Part shown: positions 14,748-27,367 of the stretch, one piece after another
Numbering within the stretch: the first letter of the stretch is position 1
How the letters are laid out: each line of letters starts with the position of its first letter
Source of the DNA: Eledone cirrhosa
Lineage: Eukaryota
DNA: 64,000 bases
Assembly: GCA_964016885.1 (NCBI GenBank)
Contig: OZ024744.1
Span: forward strand, 17,112,001 to 17,176,000
Direction: 5' to 3'
Notes under the pieces: model-generated
Databases searched by the model: none
Told to the model about the DNA's origin: nothing
What the model saw: the letters and a program-made list of their open reading frames with translations, nothing else
Program-made: the position numbers and the translations under genes

Positions 14748-15389
14748 AGAAGTTTATGAAATGGAAATGCGGGTATAAAGAATTTATTAGGTAACAATTG
14801 TTTCTATAGTGTATGGGTTACCTATACCTCGCTATTTGAATAATATAAAAATATTATCATAAACCGAAGGTACACTGTTAGCAAACACACCATGTCGTCA
14901 GACCTTTGTATTGGAATGATATGAAAATATTTTATACACTAGATAAAAGAGAAAGAAGAAGGTAGGAAGAGAAGGGGAAGAGGGAAGTGAGTAAGGTGGA
15001 GGGAGTCCTAGGATTTAAGACTGTCAGACTAGTAGAGATTGTAAGGAGAGAATGTTTTGGCAGCAGTTAGCTTAATGAGGCGTGTTAGGGTTGGCGGGGG
15101 AGGTAAATTCTTCTAGTGGTGTTGTTCGGACAAAATTTAGTGAAAGGGGTCAAAGTGGTACAAGTTACAGACAAGTTATTGGGGCTATTATAGTAGCAGG
15201 TCATTTCTAAAGGGGTCCAGAAAACAGTGTTTAGTACTATTATTATAGGAAGCCATATCTTGTGTATAAACATATAAAACAGAAATTTGCAAACGGTGGT
15301 GTAAAAAGGTAACATTATATGCATTTAAAAAAAGAAAAAGTCGTTTTCAAACGATGGTTACAGTATAGTGAACGTTCAATTTTGCTGTT

Positions 15390-15436
<47 letters not shown>

Positions 15437-15443
<7 letters not shown>

Positions 15444-18400
15444 GACGTAAAATAAGAAAATATCTTTTTAAAAAAAAAAAAAAGTTTTTTTAAAAAATTT
15501 TTTTACTTACTTAAATTTTCACTCCAACTAATTAGTTTCTGCAATGGGATAAAGACAGTTACGTAATCCAACTGTCGAGAATTCATTGCGTCATCAGGGA
15601 GTCTATTCGCAGTTAAGTCTCCAGGCAATGCGCGGACACTGGCGGCTCATATAAAAATAATAATAATTCGGTAGATCGAACAGCTTGCGAGGACTGGATT
15701 CTATGTACCGAAATTCTCACTGCTTCAAGTCAAATGGCCGATTCTAAAGAATCAATCACGTGACACAGAGGCTAGTTAGAAGGAATGGGATGGTAAGATG
15801 ACTGACGCCTACTAACACCCCAAAAAAAATTTTTTTAGAAGTGGTTTTGACAAGTTTGCTCGACAAATCAGTGATTTGGAGATAAATATAGATAATTTAA
15901 TATATCAACTAACATAAGCGCACAGATGCACGCCCATGCCAGCAAATACACAGGTTATGTCATAGTACCTAGGTGGTTCAATGCAGGAGAATGCAGAACA
16001 ATAATATAAAGGACGTAAAATAAGAAAATATCTTTTTAAAAAAAAAAAAATTTTTTTTTTAAATTTTTTTACTTACTTAAATTTTCACTCCAACTAATTA
16101 GTTTCTGCAATGGGATAAAGACAGTTACGTAATCCAACTGTCGAGAATTCATTGCGTCATCAGGGAGTCTATTCTCAGTTAAGTCTCCAGGCAATGCGCG
16201 GACACTGGCGGCTCATATAAAAATAATAATAATTCGGTAGATCGAACAGCTTGCGAGGACTGGATTCTATGTACCGAAATTCTCACTGCTTCAAGTCAAA
16301 TGGCCGATTTTAAAGAATCAATCACGTGACACAGAGGCTAGTTAGAAGGAATGGGATGGTAAGATGACTGACGCCTACTAACACCCCAAAAAAAATTTTT
16401 TTAGAAGTGGTTTTGACAAGTTTGCTCGACAAATCAGTGATTTGGAGATAAATATAGATAATTTAATATATCAACTAACATAAGCGCACAGATGCACGCC
16501 CATGCCAGCAAATACACAGGTTATGTCATAGTACCTAGGTGGTTCAATGCAGGAGAATGCAGAACAATAATATAAAGGACGTAAAATAAGAAAATATCTT
16601 TTTAAAAAAAAAAAAAAAAAATTTTTTTTTTTAATTTTTCTACTTACTTAAATTTTCACTCCAACTAATTAGTTTCTGCAATGGGATAAAGACAGTTACG
16701 TAATCCAACTGTCGAGAATTCATTGCGTCATCAGGGAGTCTATTCTCAGTTAAGTCTCCAGGCAATGCGCGGACACTGGCGGCTCATATAAAAATAATAA
16801 TAATTCGGTAGATCGAACAGCTTGCGAGGACTGGATTCTATGTACCGAAATTCTCACTGCTTCAAGTCAAATGGCCGATTCTAAAGAATCAATCACGTGA
16901 CACAGAGGCTAGTTAGAAGGAATGGGATGGTAAGATGACTGACGCCTACTAACACCCCAAAAAAAATTTTTTTTTTTTAGAAGTGGTTTTGACAAGTTTG
17001 CTCGACAAATCAGTGATTTGGAGATAAATATAGATAATTTAATATATCAACTAACATAAGCGCACAGATGCACGCCCATGCCAGCAAATACACAGGTTAT
17101 GTCATAGTACCTAGGTGGTTCAATGCAGGAGAATGCAGAACAATAATATAAAGGACGTAAAATAAGAAAATATCTTTTTTAAAAAAAAAAAAAAAAAATT
17201 TTTTTTTTAAATTTTTTTACTTACTTAAATTTTCACTCCAACTAATTAGTTTCTGCAATGGGATAAAGACAGTTACGTAATCCAACTGTCGAGAATTCAT
17301 TGCGTCATCAGGGAGTCTATTCTCAGTTAAGTCTCCAGGCAATGCGCGGACACTGGCGGCTCATATAAAAATAATAATAATTCGGTAGATCGAACAGCTT
17401 GCGAGGACTGGATTCTATGTACCGAAATTCTCACTGCTTCAAGTCAAATGGCCGATTCTAAAGAATCAATCACGTGACACAGAGGCTAGTTAGAAGGAAT
17501 GGGATGGTAAGATGACTGACGCCTACTAAAACCCCAAAAAAAATTTTTTTTTTTTAGAAGTGGTTTTGACAAGTTTGCTCGACAAATCAGTGATTTGGAG
17601 ATAAATATAGATAATTTAATATATCAACTAACATAAGCGCACAGATGCACGCCCATGCCAGCAAATACACAGGTTATGTCATAGTACCTAGGTGGTTCAA
17701 TGCAGGAGAATGCAGAACAATAATATAAAGGACGTAAAATAAGAAAATATCTTTTTAAAAAAAAAAAAAAAAAAATTTTTTTTTAAAATTTTTTTACTTA
17801 CTTAAATTTTCACTCCAACTAATTAGTTTCTGCAATGGGATAAAGACAGTTACGTAATCCAACTGTCGAGAATTCATTGCGTCATCAGGGAGTCTATTCT
17901 CAGTTAAGTCTCCAGGCAATGCGCGGACACTGGCGGCTCATATAAAAATAATAATAATTCGGTAGATCGAACAGCTTGCGAGGACTGGATTCTATGTACC
18001 GAAATTCTCACTGCTTCAAGTCAAATGGCCGATTCTAAAGAATCAATCACGTGACACAGAGGCTAGTTAGAAGGAATGGGATGGTAAGATGACTGACGCC
18101 TACTAACACCCCAAAAAAAATTTTTTTAGAAGTGGTTTTGACAAGTTTGCTCGACAAATCAGTGATTTGGAGATAAATATAGATAATTTAATATATCAAC
18201 TAACATAAGCGCACAGATGCACGCCCATGCCAGCAAATACACAGGTTATGTCATAGTACCTAGGTGGTTCAATGCAGGAGAATGCAGAACAATAATATAA
18301 AGGACGTAAAATAAGAAAATATCTTTTTAAAGAAAAAAAAAAAAAAAAAAAAATTTTTTTTTTAAATTTTTTTACTTACTTAAATTTTCACTCCAACTAA

Positions 18401-19470
18401 TTAGTTTCTGCAATGGGATAAAGACAGTTACGTAATCCAACTGTCGAGAATTCATTGCGTCATCAGGGAGTCTATTCTCAGTTAAGTCTCCAGGCAATGC
18501 GCGGACACTGGCGGCTCATATAAAAATAATAATAATTCGGTAGATCGAACAGCTTGCGAGGACTGGATTCTATGTACCGAAATTCTCACTGCTTCAAGTC
18601 AAATGGCCGATTCTAAAGAATCAATCACGTGACACAGAGGCTAGTTAGAAGGAATGGGATGGTAAGATGACTGACGCCTACTAACACCCCAAAAAAAATT
18701 TTTTTAGAAGTGGTTTTGACAAGTTTGCTCGACAAATCAGTGATTTGGAGATAAATATAGATAATTTAATATATCAACTAACATAAGCGCACAGATGCAC
18801 GCCCATGCCAGCAAATACACAGGTTATGTCATAGTACCTAGGTGGTTCAATGCAGGAGAATGCGCTTATGTGCGCTTATGTTAGTTGATATATTAAATTA
18901 TCTATATTTATCTCCAAATCACTGATTTGTCGAGCAAACTTGTCAAAACCACTTCTAAAAAAATTTTTTTGGGGTGTTAGTAGGCGTCAGTCATCTTACC
19001 ATCCCATTCCTTCTAACTAGCCTCTGTGTCACGTGATTGATTCTTTAGAATCGGCCATTTGACTTGAAGCAGTGAGAATTTCGGTACATAGAATCCAGTC
19101 CTCGCAAGCTGTTCGATCTACCGAATTATTATTATTTTTATATGAGCCGCCAGTGTCCGCGCATTGCCTGGAGACTTAACTGAGAATAGACTCCCTGATG
19201 ACGCAATGAATTCTCGACAGTTGGATTACGTAACTGTCTTTATCCCATTGCAGAAACTAATTAGTTGGAGTGAAAATTTAAGTAAGTAAAAAAATTTTAA
19301 AAAAAAATTTTTTTTTTTTTTTAAAAAGATATTTTCTTATTTTACGTCCTTTATATTATTGTTCTGCATTCTCCTGCATTGAACCACCTAGGTACTATGA
19401 CATAACCTGTGTATTTGCTGGCATGGGCGTGCACCTGTGCGCTTATGTTAGTTGATATATTAAATTATCT
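15437..19470. repeat. Non-coding tandem array, ~570-bp unit: 6 units (15437-18863) plus ~1.06 inverted unit (18870-19470), one HHR per unit; retrozyme-like
   Basis: Units start at about 15437, 16005, 16571, 17147, 17724 and 18296 and differ mainly in homopolymer length; flanked by (TA)n. Confidence 0.92.
19190..19271 (+). ncRNA. Type I HHR with extended stem II (six further copies on minus, first at 15521-15602)
   Basis: actcc CTGATGA c gcaatg..gacagtt-ggattacgt-aactgtc..cattgc a GAAA ctaattag TT ggagt. Confidence 0.85.
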
Positions 19471-19889
19471 ATATATATATATATATATAGCTGTGTGTGT
19501 GTGTGTGCGTGTATACATATAATTAAATAAACGTATAAAAATAAATAAATACGTAGATAACAAGCGCACACACACACATACCTACAATTAAATACACTTA
19601 TGTTCAACTAAAACACGATGTACACACATAAACACACCCTACATACGAACGAACCCGCATACTCACACAGACGCAAAACTCACGTATACACATAACCAAA
19701 AGCATATGTACCAGAAAAAATAATATATACGCCATAACATATACAATCAAATATACGCATGAGAAAGTATACGTACCTTCATAAAACATACTGGTAATAT
19801 ATACTTACCTATACAAATAAGTAATGGTATAAACATAACATATACTTAGCTACCACACCAAGACGTGGAATATCCGCGTATAGTTCGTA

Positions 19890-21850
19890 CTATCCGTTAG
19901 GGTATAATGTGGGGCTGTAATACAGGAAAGTTTTGTGCGATTTATGTTTACAAGCCGAAATTGCCTCAATTTTTTTGTTTACGATGTGGTCTTTGGCGTA
20001 GAGTAATTCCAGGGCCTCAGCGGCGCAGAGGTCACATGGTCTTTTACTTCCGTTATACGATCTAACCCTAGCTAGGATCTCCCAGTGTAACTTATATTGG
20101 GTGTGGTTGTCTTTTAGATTCCAGATATAAGCTGAAAGTGACGTCATATTCCTTCTTAAAGGGTAACAAAAAGAATGGGTATGCATGTAAAGACGCTGCT
20201 TGAATCTATTTGCCGTTAACCCTATGTAGGCCCTACGGCACGTGGGTGTTACAACCTTACATTTGTAGATAATGTTACTAGAGTGGCATTTCCCGAATAG
20301 GGGGCAGTCAACCCGATTCCTACAATTACAGTTAGTACTAACTACAGGGTTGCCCGTGTTCCTACGTCTAGGTAGTCTAGCTAAATTTGAAGCTGTGATG
20401 TTTTGTGAAAGGGTAGGAGTCGTAGAGTAAGACATTTTAATAGTATTTCTATTAATAATATTACTATATTTATGGGTAGGGGGAAAATGCTTCATTATAA
20501 GGGAGAGAAAGATCTTAGCTAATGGTGTGGCCACCTCCATATTATATGGTGGGTTATACCATATAATGCGACGGGATCTATTTCTTCTAGGTCTATTCTC
20601 GTACTCTGTATATGCTACCTTATCGACAAATCCACCCCGAGCAAGAGCTTCGTTGTAATATGTGGAATGGTCGTTGAAAATATGATCGTTAGTAGATAGA
20701 CGGGAAAGCCTCAAAGAAACGTTTCTTACCAGGTTCTTGGTTATGCTGGCAGGATGGTTAGAATGCTTACTTATGTAATTAAGTGTATCATTCGGCTTCC
20801 TATATGGGTAATGCAAGCCATTCGATAAATTGTCGGTAACGTCGAGGTAATTAAAGATTGAGAGGTTGGCCTCAACCTGTATGGAGAGGTTGAAACCTTT
20901 AAAGAAGGCTGTGAGTTCTTTTCTGAACCTGTCGCAAGCATGAGGTCCGCACTTAGTCATGGTCAAAATACCATCATCACGGTACAAACTACCGCCCACG
21001 TTGGGGAATTCGTCCTTGATAGAGAAAAGAAGGAAAAGGCCGATAAGATCAGTAACCTCCGCAGAATCGCTGGCGCCCACACTCACGTCGAATGGGGTAC
21101 TATTAGATTTTTTAATCCAAATAGTGCCGTCGAAATTAATCAGCGACTTACGGGCATTGAGGATGACATCAACTTCGAAATCCTTAAACACTGTGAGTGT
21201 TTTAGCAAAATTGATAGCTCTAAGGAGAAGTGGTAAAGTGATGGAGGAGTAGTAATTATTGATGTCGAATTGGATAAAACGGCAATGTTCCTTGTTGCAT
21301 ATGCCGTTGAACCAATCAATCACCGCGAAAGAATTGTTCCACAGTGCAAGAGCCGCCAAACTTCTAATTTCAGGTATAATTCTATCAAGAATCCTTTTAC
21401 AAAGTCTACCTAAATCGGACTTCATAGGATTAATAAGCTGAAGAGGGGTTGTTCGGAAAATTGGATTTGTGATCCTTCAGGGTAAAGTGGGGAGAAATAG
21501 GGTCCAGAGGTTCAGTCCGGTCCAGGATGTTGAGATCAGAGGTGATTTTAAACAAAAGCATCGTTGATTTCATTAATGACACTCCGATTGGTTTTACGGT
21601 AATCCTTAGTTACAGCATTATGTAGCAGTTGATGGTAAGTACTGCGCTCCACTTGATATAGATTGCCAGCTTTGTCGGAATGATTATCGAAATAAAAGGC
21701 ACGCCAACGCAACCTTTTAATGAACGCGTCTGTTTTCTGTATCAGTAATTTTAGGTATGATTTCCTGCCTGGTACGGGTATGTTCTTTGTAGAAATATTC
21801 AGATGTTGTTTCTGTATGATGAATATAAGTCAATAGAGTGCTCAACCGAG
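19890..21850 (-). pseudogene. Hydra-like PLE RT plus GIY-YIG ORF; 511 codons open (19890-21425), N-terminal part disrupted
   Basis: FIQFDINNYYSSI, VGASDSAEVTDLIG, LYRDDG, CNCRNRVDCPLFGKC, YIGLT..FKQRLYMH, CDLC; upstream I read STKNIPVP..KRLRWRAFYF and SDKAGNLY with a stop, a frameshift and an internal deletion. Confidence 0.93.
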
Positions 21851-21857
21851 GGAGCCA

Positions 21858-22069
21858 AATAGTAATAATAATAATAAATTTGAAGACTAAAATCCAAAGA
21901 GGGCTCGATAAGCATAAATATATATCAAATATATAAGATCCGTAGAGCAAATGTTTATTAAAATAATAGATTAAAGTTTAAGCAAAGAATCGCTGCTTTC
22001 ACCCTTAACGGGATATTCTGAAACTAACAAAGTCAATCTGTGAACGCAGAAATTAATATTTCAAAAAAC
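21858..22069 (-). mobile_element. Family D pseudo-LTR directly upstream of the PLE ORF, with HHR-like motif at 21975-22025
   Basis: Minus strand reads agttt CAGAATA t ccc-gttaa-ggg t GAAA gca..tgc TT aaact (CAGAAGA in other copies); abuts the ORF 5' region without a TA tract. Confidence 0.7.
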
Positions 22070-22650
22070 GTTGCAACCGGAGGAAGACAGGAAGACGATA
22101 CTTTGGTTCGTGGAAACGTTCCCTGGCAAAGAACGGGAAAAAACGAATATAATACGTCATTATTTGGAGCGGTGAAAAACAATTACACGCAAAGACAGGA
22201 TCACGTTTATGGTATAAAAGAAGTCGTAGACTAATGTTCTCTTAGGTGGTTCATAGAGACGTTCTCTGGCAATGAACGGAAAAAACGGAGATAATACGTC
22301 ATATTTGGAGCGGGGAGAACAATTGCACGCAAAGAGAAAACGACGTAAATGGTATAACTGAATTCCTAGACTAAAATTCTAACTAGGAAACCGAATGATT
22401 CTCGGCTTCAGAGTTAAGAATAAAGTAAATAAAATACAGAGGTAAATGAAATTAAATAAATACATACACGCATCCATATACGTACATAAAAAAGCATACG
22501 GGAAAACACTCGCCATAGGTATACAAATACACGCACGTACAAAAAGAAAAAAAAAACGCCCGCACATACAGAACCCAAGCAGCGCCGGTACCCGCACGCA
22601 TACGAATGTAGATCAAAAATTTTATTTTTTAATATATATATATATATATA

Positions 22651-22897
22651 CCATCCTTATATTTATATAACTGACGGTGTTGCAGATGTGCAACGAAAGA
22701 TTTATGATAAACTATATATATGTGTTTGTGTCTATATTGTATCTGTATTATTTTTGACCGCCGGTCAGTCAATGGCAACATTGAGGACCAAGAAAGTTAG
22801 ATTACCGATATAAAAGACACAGAAGCGAGAAGCGAAAACCAACCAAACAGTGAGTGTGTTCTGTTATTAAATATGACCCTCCCCAAGTATAACAATC

Positions 22898-22900
<3 letters not shown>
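22651..22900 (+). mobile_element. Diverged family B-like 3' end
   Basis: Ends atgaccctccccaagtataacaat, as family B does; HHR remnant ctgacgg..gttgc-agatgt-gcaac GAAA. Confidence 0.65.
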
Positions 22901-22925
<25 letters not shown>

Positions 22926-22928
<3 letters not shown>

Positions 22929-23118
22929 GGAACGAGTAAGACCCCGACGGCTGAGCTCAAGCCGTTTCGACGGCTAATTCTGGACCATTTTAGTCCAGAA
23001 TTAGCCGTCTAAACGGCTTGAGCTCAGCCGTCGGGGTCTTACTCGTTCCTATTACCCACTCTACTAGCCTAAGTATTGAGTACTATGGTCCACTTGGTTC
23101 CTTACCACATCTCCTTCG

Positions 23119-23179
<61 letters not shown>

Positions 23180-23336
23180 AACCAGTAAGACCCCGACAGC
23201 TGAGCTCAAGCCGTTTCGACGGCTTGAGCTCAGCTGTAGGGGTCTTACTGGTTCCTATTACCCACTCTACTACCTCAAGTATTGAGTACTTTGGTGCGTT
23301 ATGGTCCACCTGGTTCCTTACCACATTTCCTTCGTT
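22926..23336. mobile_element. Two family C mini-palindromes (22926-23120, 23176-23336)
   Basis: Inverted arms with different centres, separated by (TA)n. Confidence 0.85.
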
Positions 23337-23392
23337 ATATATATATATATATATAAGGATGGTATATATATATATATATATATATATACCAT

Positions 23393-23429
<37 letters not shown>

Positions 23430-23432
<3 letters not shown>

Positions 23433-24134
23433 GGATATTACAATTCAATCGATACACGTATAGGAGAACATTGAACCGAATTTACTTGTGTTCGGATAGG
23501 GTTCCGGTTGAACCAATTTTACCAATTTACATAGTCAAATTGAGATTTGACCAATATAACATTTGTTGTTTTGTAACCTAACTTTCGCTGAATACTGTGT
23601 TGGTATATATATTTTTTTTCTTTGACCACGCATCGGTGTGTGTGTGTACTCACCCACACTAACTGGACCCGACTGCAATTCTACAGATTTGATGTTGAGA
23701 TTAGACCCGTCCAGCGTCTTTTACAGCTATTGAGAGATAGAGATTGGTAGATTTATGATCCTAACTGAAGACGATAGCAGACGACGTGTTTTGGTTGCTT
23801 AATCTTCATATGGGAGACAAAACTTTAGTGAGTGAACATCGTTAAATTTTCTCCCTCATATCAAGGATTTGAAGACAATTCATATTCACCTGACGAGTTC
23901 AGTGATAATCGATCATGGCCACACGATCGATAGAAATCTTATTGAAACATGTGTCGTGATTAAAATGATTGTCAATTTATACTATGCCTTCGGATCTTTA
24001 TTTTGATACAAATACTCCGTTTTACATAATCTAGCTGTTCCCATAAATGGAATTGGAGATATACAAAAGCGTGGAGAACTTAATATTGCTAACAAAAGTT
24101 TATTGGACCGAATGACACAACCAATAATACACCT

Positions 24135-24140
<6 letters not shown>
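23430..24140 (+). mobile_element. Family E copy, HHR at 23886-23959
   Basis: tcac CTGACGA gttcagtga..atcgatc/gatcgat..ttatt GAAA catgtg TC gtga. Confidence 0.8.
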
Positions 24141-24216
<76 letters not shown>

Positions 24217-24217
<1 letters not shown>

Positions 24218-25340
24218 AGAAAGTGAGGTTTTTTTTACAAATTGAAAAATAACCGAGGTGTCCTACACGAGTGAAAGTATAAAGAAAAAGGGGTGAAATC
24301 GAAAATTCAACTGGAGTCTTAATTTAAAAAAAATATATATATATTTATTGGGTTCCTTTACCGGTTTCGCATTTCTTCTGCTTTTCAAAAGGTGAGTTGA
24401 GATGGAGGGTCTGTGGTTTTTCTCACATCTGGTTGGTCTCTGAATGTTACTTGTTTTATATGGAAAAGGTGGCTCGAAATGCCAGGTTTTTCGAGAAGTA
24501 ATTTGATTGGTTTGTCAATAATTATAATAAATTTCGCGCCAGTTCGCGTTACAATAGTTCTTCAAATAAGAGGGAGGGTGTTGTCACAGGTTGTTTTTTC
24601 ATATATGAGTGTTTGAATTTCTTTTTACTTGAAAAAAGGAGGCTCACGAAGGCTTGTTTTGGGGTGGTTATAAATGAAATTATGGCTGTCACGTGAACAA
24701 GTTTTCATAAAATGTTCGTGCCCTTATTTGGAAATCCATTCTGTAGCCTTTTTAGAGAATTTTTTGATAAGTGAAAGATAATGGTCAAGTGAAAGGGATG
24801 GGAGAATTGTTCTGGTTCAGTGAATATGGTTAGTTCGCTGGGGTGTCAGAATTCAGATTTTCTATTGAATAAAGAAAGTAAAGATATGTATGTTTATTTG
24901 TGTGCTTGTGTGTGTGTGCGTGTGCGTGTGTGTGTTGTATGTGTGTGTGTGTTTGAATTTCTTTACTTTAAAAAAATATGGCTCATGAAGGCTTTTTTTT
25001 AATAAACGTGATTTGATTGGTTATAAATGAAATTTGGCTGTCACGTGAACATGTTTTCATTACATTTTTGCACCCTTATTTGGAAAACTATTCTGTAGTC
25101 TTTATAGCGAATGTTATGACAAGGGAAAGATAGTGGTCAAGAGAAATGGGATTGGGAGAATTGTTCTGGTTCCGTGAATATGCTTAGTTCGCTAGGGTGT
25201 CAATAGATTTTCTATTGAAATGAAGATATGTATGTTTATTTGTGTGATTGTGTGTGTGTATTTGTGTGTGTGCGTGTGAGTGGGTGTGGGTGTGTGTGTG
25301 TGTGTGTGTGTGTGTTTGAATTTCTTTTTACTTAAAAATA
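24217..25340 (-). mobile_element. Family H (G-related) PLE 3' region with U3-A8 HHR (24355-24392) and a diverged ~340-bp internal duplication
   Basis: Minus strand reads cctt TTGAAAA gca-gaagaaa-tgc GAAA ccgg TA aagg; homologous to 46352-46620. Confidence 0.75.
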
Positions 25341-25501
25341 TATATATATATAAAGGTTAAAATACTGGAGCGTGTTGGAGTTAAACACCCTCTTCGTATT
25401 ATAGAAATGATAGTAAAAGGTATAGCTCAATGTAGTTAAACAGAGCCGAAAAATTAAGAGAGTAAAACAAAGAAGCCTTCAATACATCAAAAGTATTTAT
25501 T

Positions 25502-25540
25502 AGCCGACAATGTTTCGTCCTATTAAGGACTCATCAGGGC
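25502..25540 (-). ncRNA. Minimal type I HHR (mirror copy at 33700-33741 +)
   Basis: Minus strand reads gcc CTGATGA gtcc-ttaata-ggac GAAA cattg TC ggc. Confidence 0.88.
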
Positions 25541-27367
25541 AATTCAAACAACAAGAAGTAATAACGGCAGATACAAGCCAGAAGCTCCGAAGAATATGGA
25601 GTGTACATATACTAAAGTATTGCAAAAATATATAATAAAAATAATAAAAAATAATAAAAATATATAATGAAAATTACTAAGGATGTATGTGACATTAAGA
25701 ACCATATTACAAATATAGTCCAAAGCAAAAAAAAACTAGAGCTAGACAAAGGTGGTTATATAGATCAGGAATCATATATAATATAATGTAATATAATATA
25801 ATTATACTTTTACCAACATTAAAGTTACAATGGACAATCAAAAGGTACATTATGCATATGTATATATGTGTGCACACACACACACACACATACACCTACA
25901 ACAATACACACATCTATCTTCAACTGCACAAATTTAACCTTATCAAGAGTTTGAATATGAAAATGAGCATGATAGGAATGAGAATAATAATAATGATAAT
26001 ACTAATACATCTACCCAATATACATGGGGTAATAATATGATATAATTATAAGTAGCATATATAATCAATAATAAACAATACAATTATATACTATATAATA
26101 CAATATAATAGGATGGATAATCTCCGGTTAATTTACACAAACAATATAGATGTCACAATAATAATATAATTATAATATAATATAACATACCAAGATGTAT
26201 AATATACAATATACTAACACTTATAATCAAGAATATATAAGTTAACAAATCAATTCATATTGGGTTACAGAGTAGGCGAGGAAAAATAAATAAATTGTAC
26301 AATATCCCCAAAGGAATTTTGTTGGTACAAAAATACAAAGATCCTACATGATATATAAAGTTTAACATATCATAATGTTACATATAATTAACGGTAAGTG
26401 ATAAGGATCAATATTACAATAAAAAATACAATATAATATAATATATTATATAAAATAAGTTAACATAATATAAAATATAATTACTTATAATTGCAAGGTT
26501 GGTAGACATACATATATATGGATGAGTGAGTAAATGCCAGACAGTAAATGCAATGCACAATATTAATAAAATATACAGTATAAAATATAGAATAAAATAA
26601 ATAAATAAATAAATAGAATCACCCGGAGATTAAAAAACAAAATCAAACGTATGCATTTAGGTCTCACATGCAGTTAAGTATTTAAGTATTTAAGTAAAAC
26701 CTAAGGAAATAACACGTGAAAATGACTCGAAAACCCTATTTGATAAATTAATATTAAAAATATTTAAACTATCTAATAAGGCAGTATAATATTAGCTATA
26801 GTTTAAGTAATTAAAGTTTATAAACATTAATATTTCGTTACAAATGTTTACAAAAAGGAATGAACATTTTTTCCTATCATATACATAACGATACCTAAAA
26901 AATGACTTAAGCAGAATTAAGGTAGGCCAATAGGGACAGAAATGAAGAAATATATGGAGGATGCAAAGGGGCATAAATATAGTCGATATACTATATTACT
27001 TAATAGAAAGGAGCGTAAAAGAGGGGGGGTGTTAAATATAATCATAGTCAATTTGGAGGGAATGACAACAAGTTTATGTGCGCATGGGGGGGGGGGGGTA
27101 TCCAAAGAAGAATCCGAATAAAAATAAAAATGAAAGTAAAAATAAAAATAAAAATAAAATAAATAGCGTAAAATATAATCTTATATAATTCAAAAGGTGT
27201 AATAGTGAAAATCTAATGCGTTAGAGGACAGATATGGTACAGTAGCCAAAAGATTATGAGAGCTAAAATAAAGAGTCATCAAAAACCAATGGTAATAATG
27301 ATGATAATAATAATGACGTTGGCAAACAAAGGAACCTAAACTAACAATAAATAATGGAATATATCAG

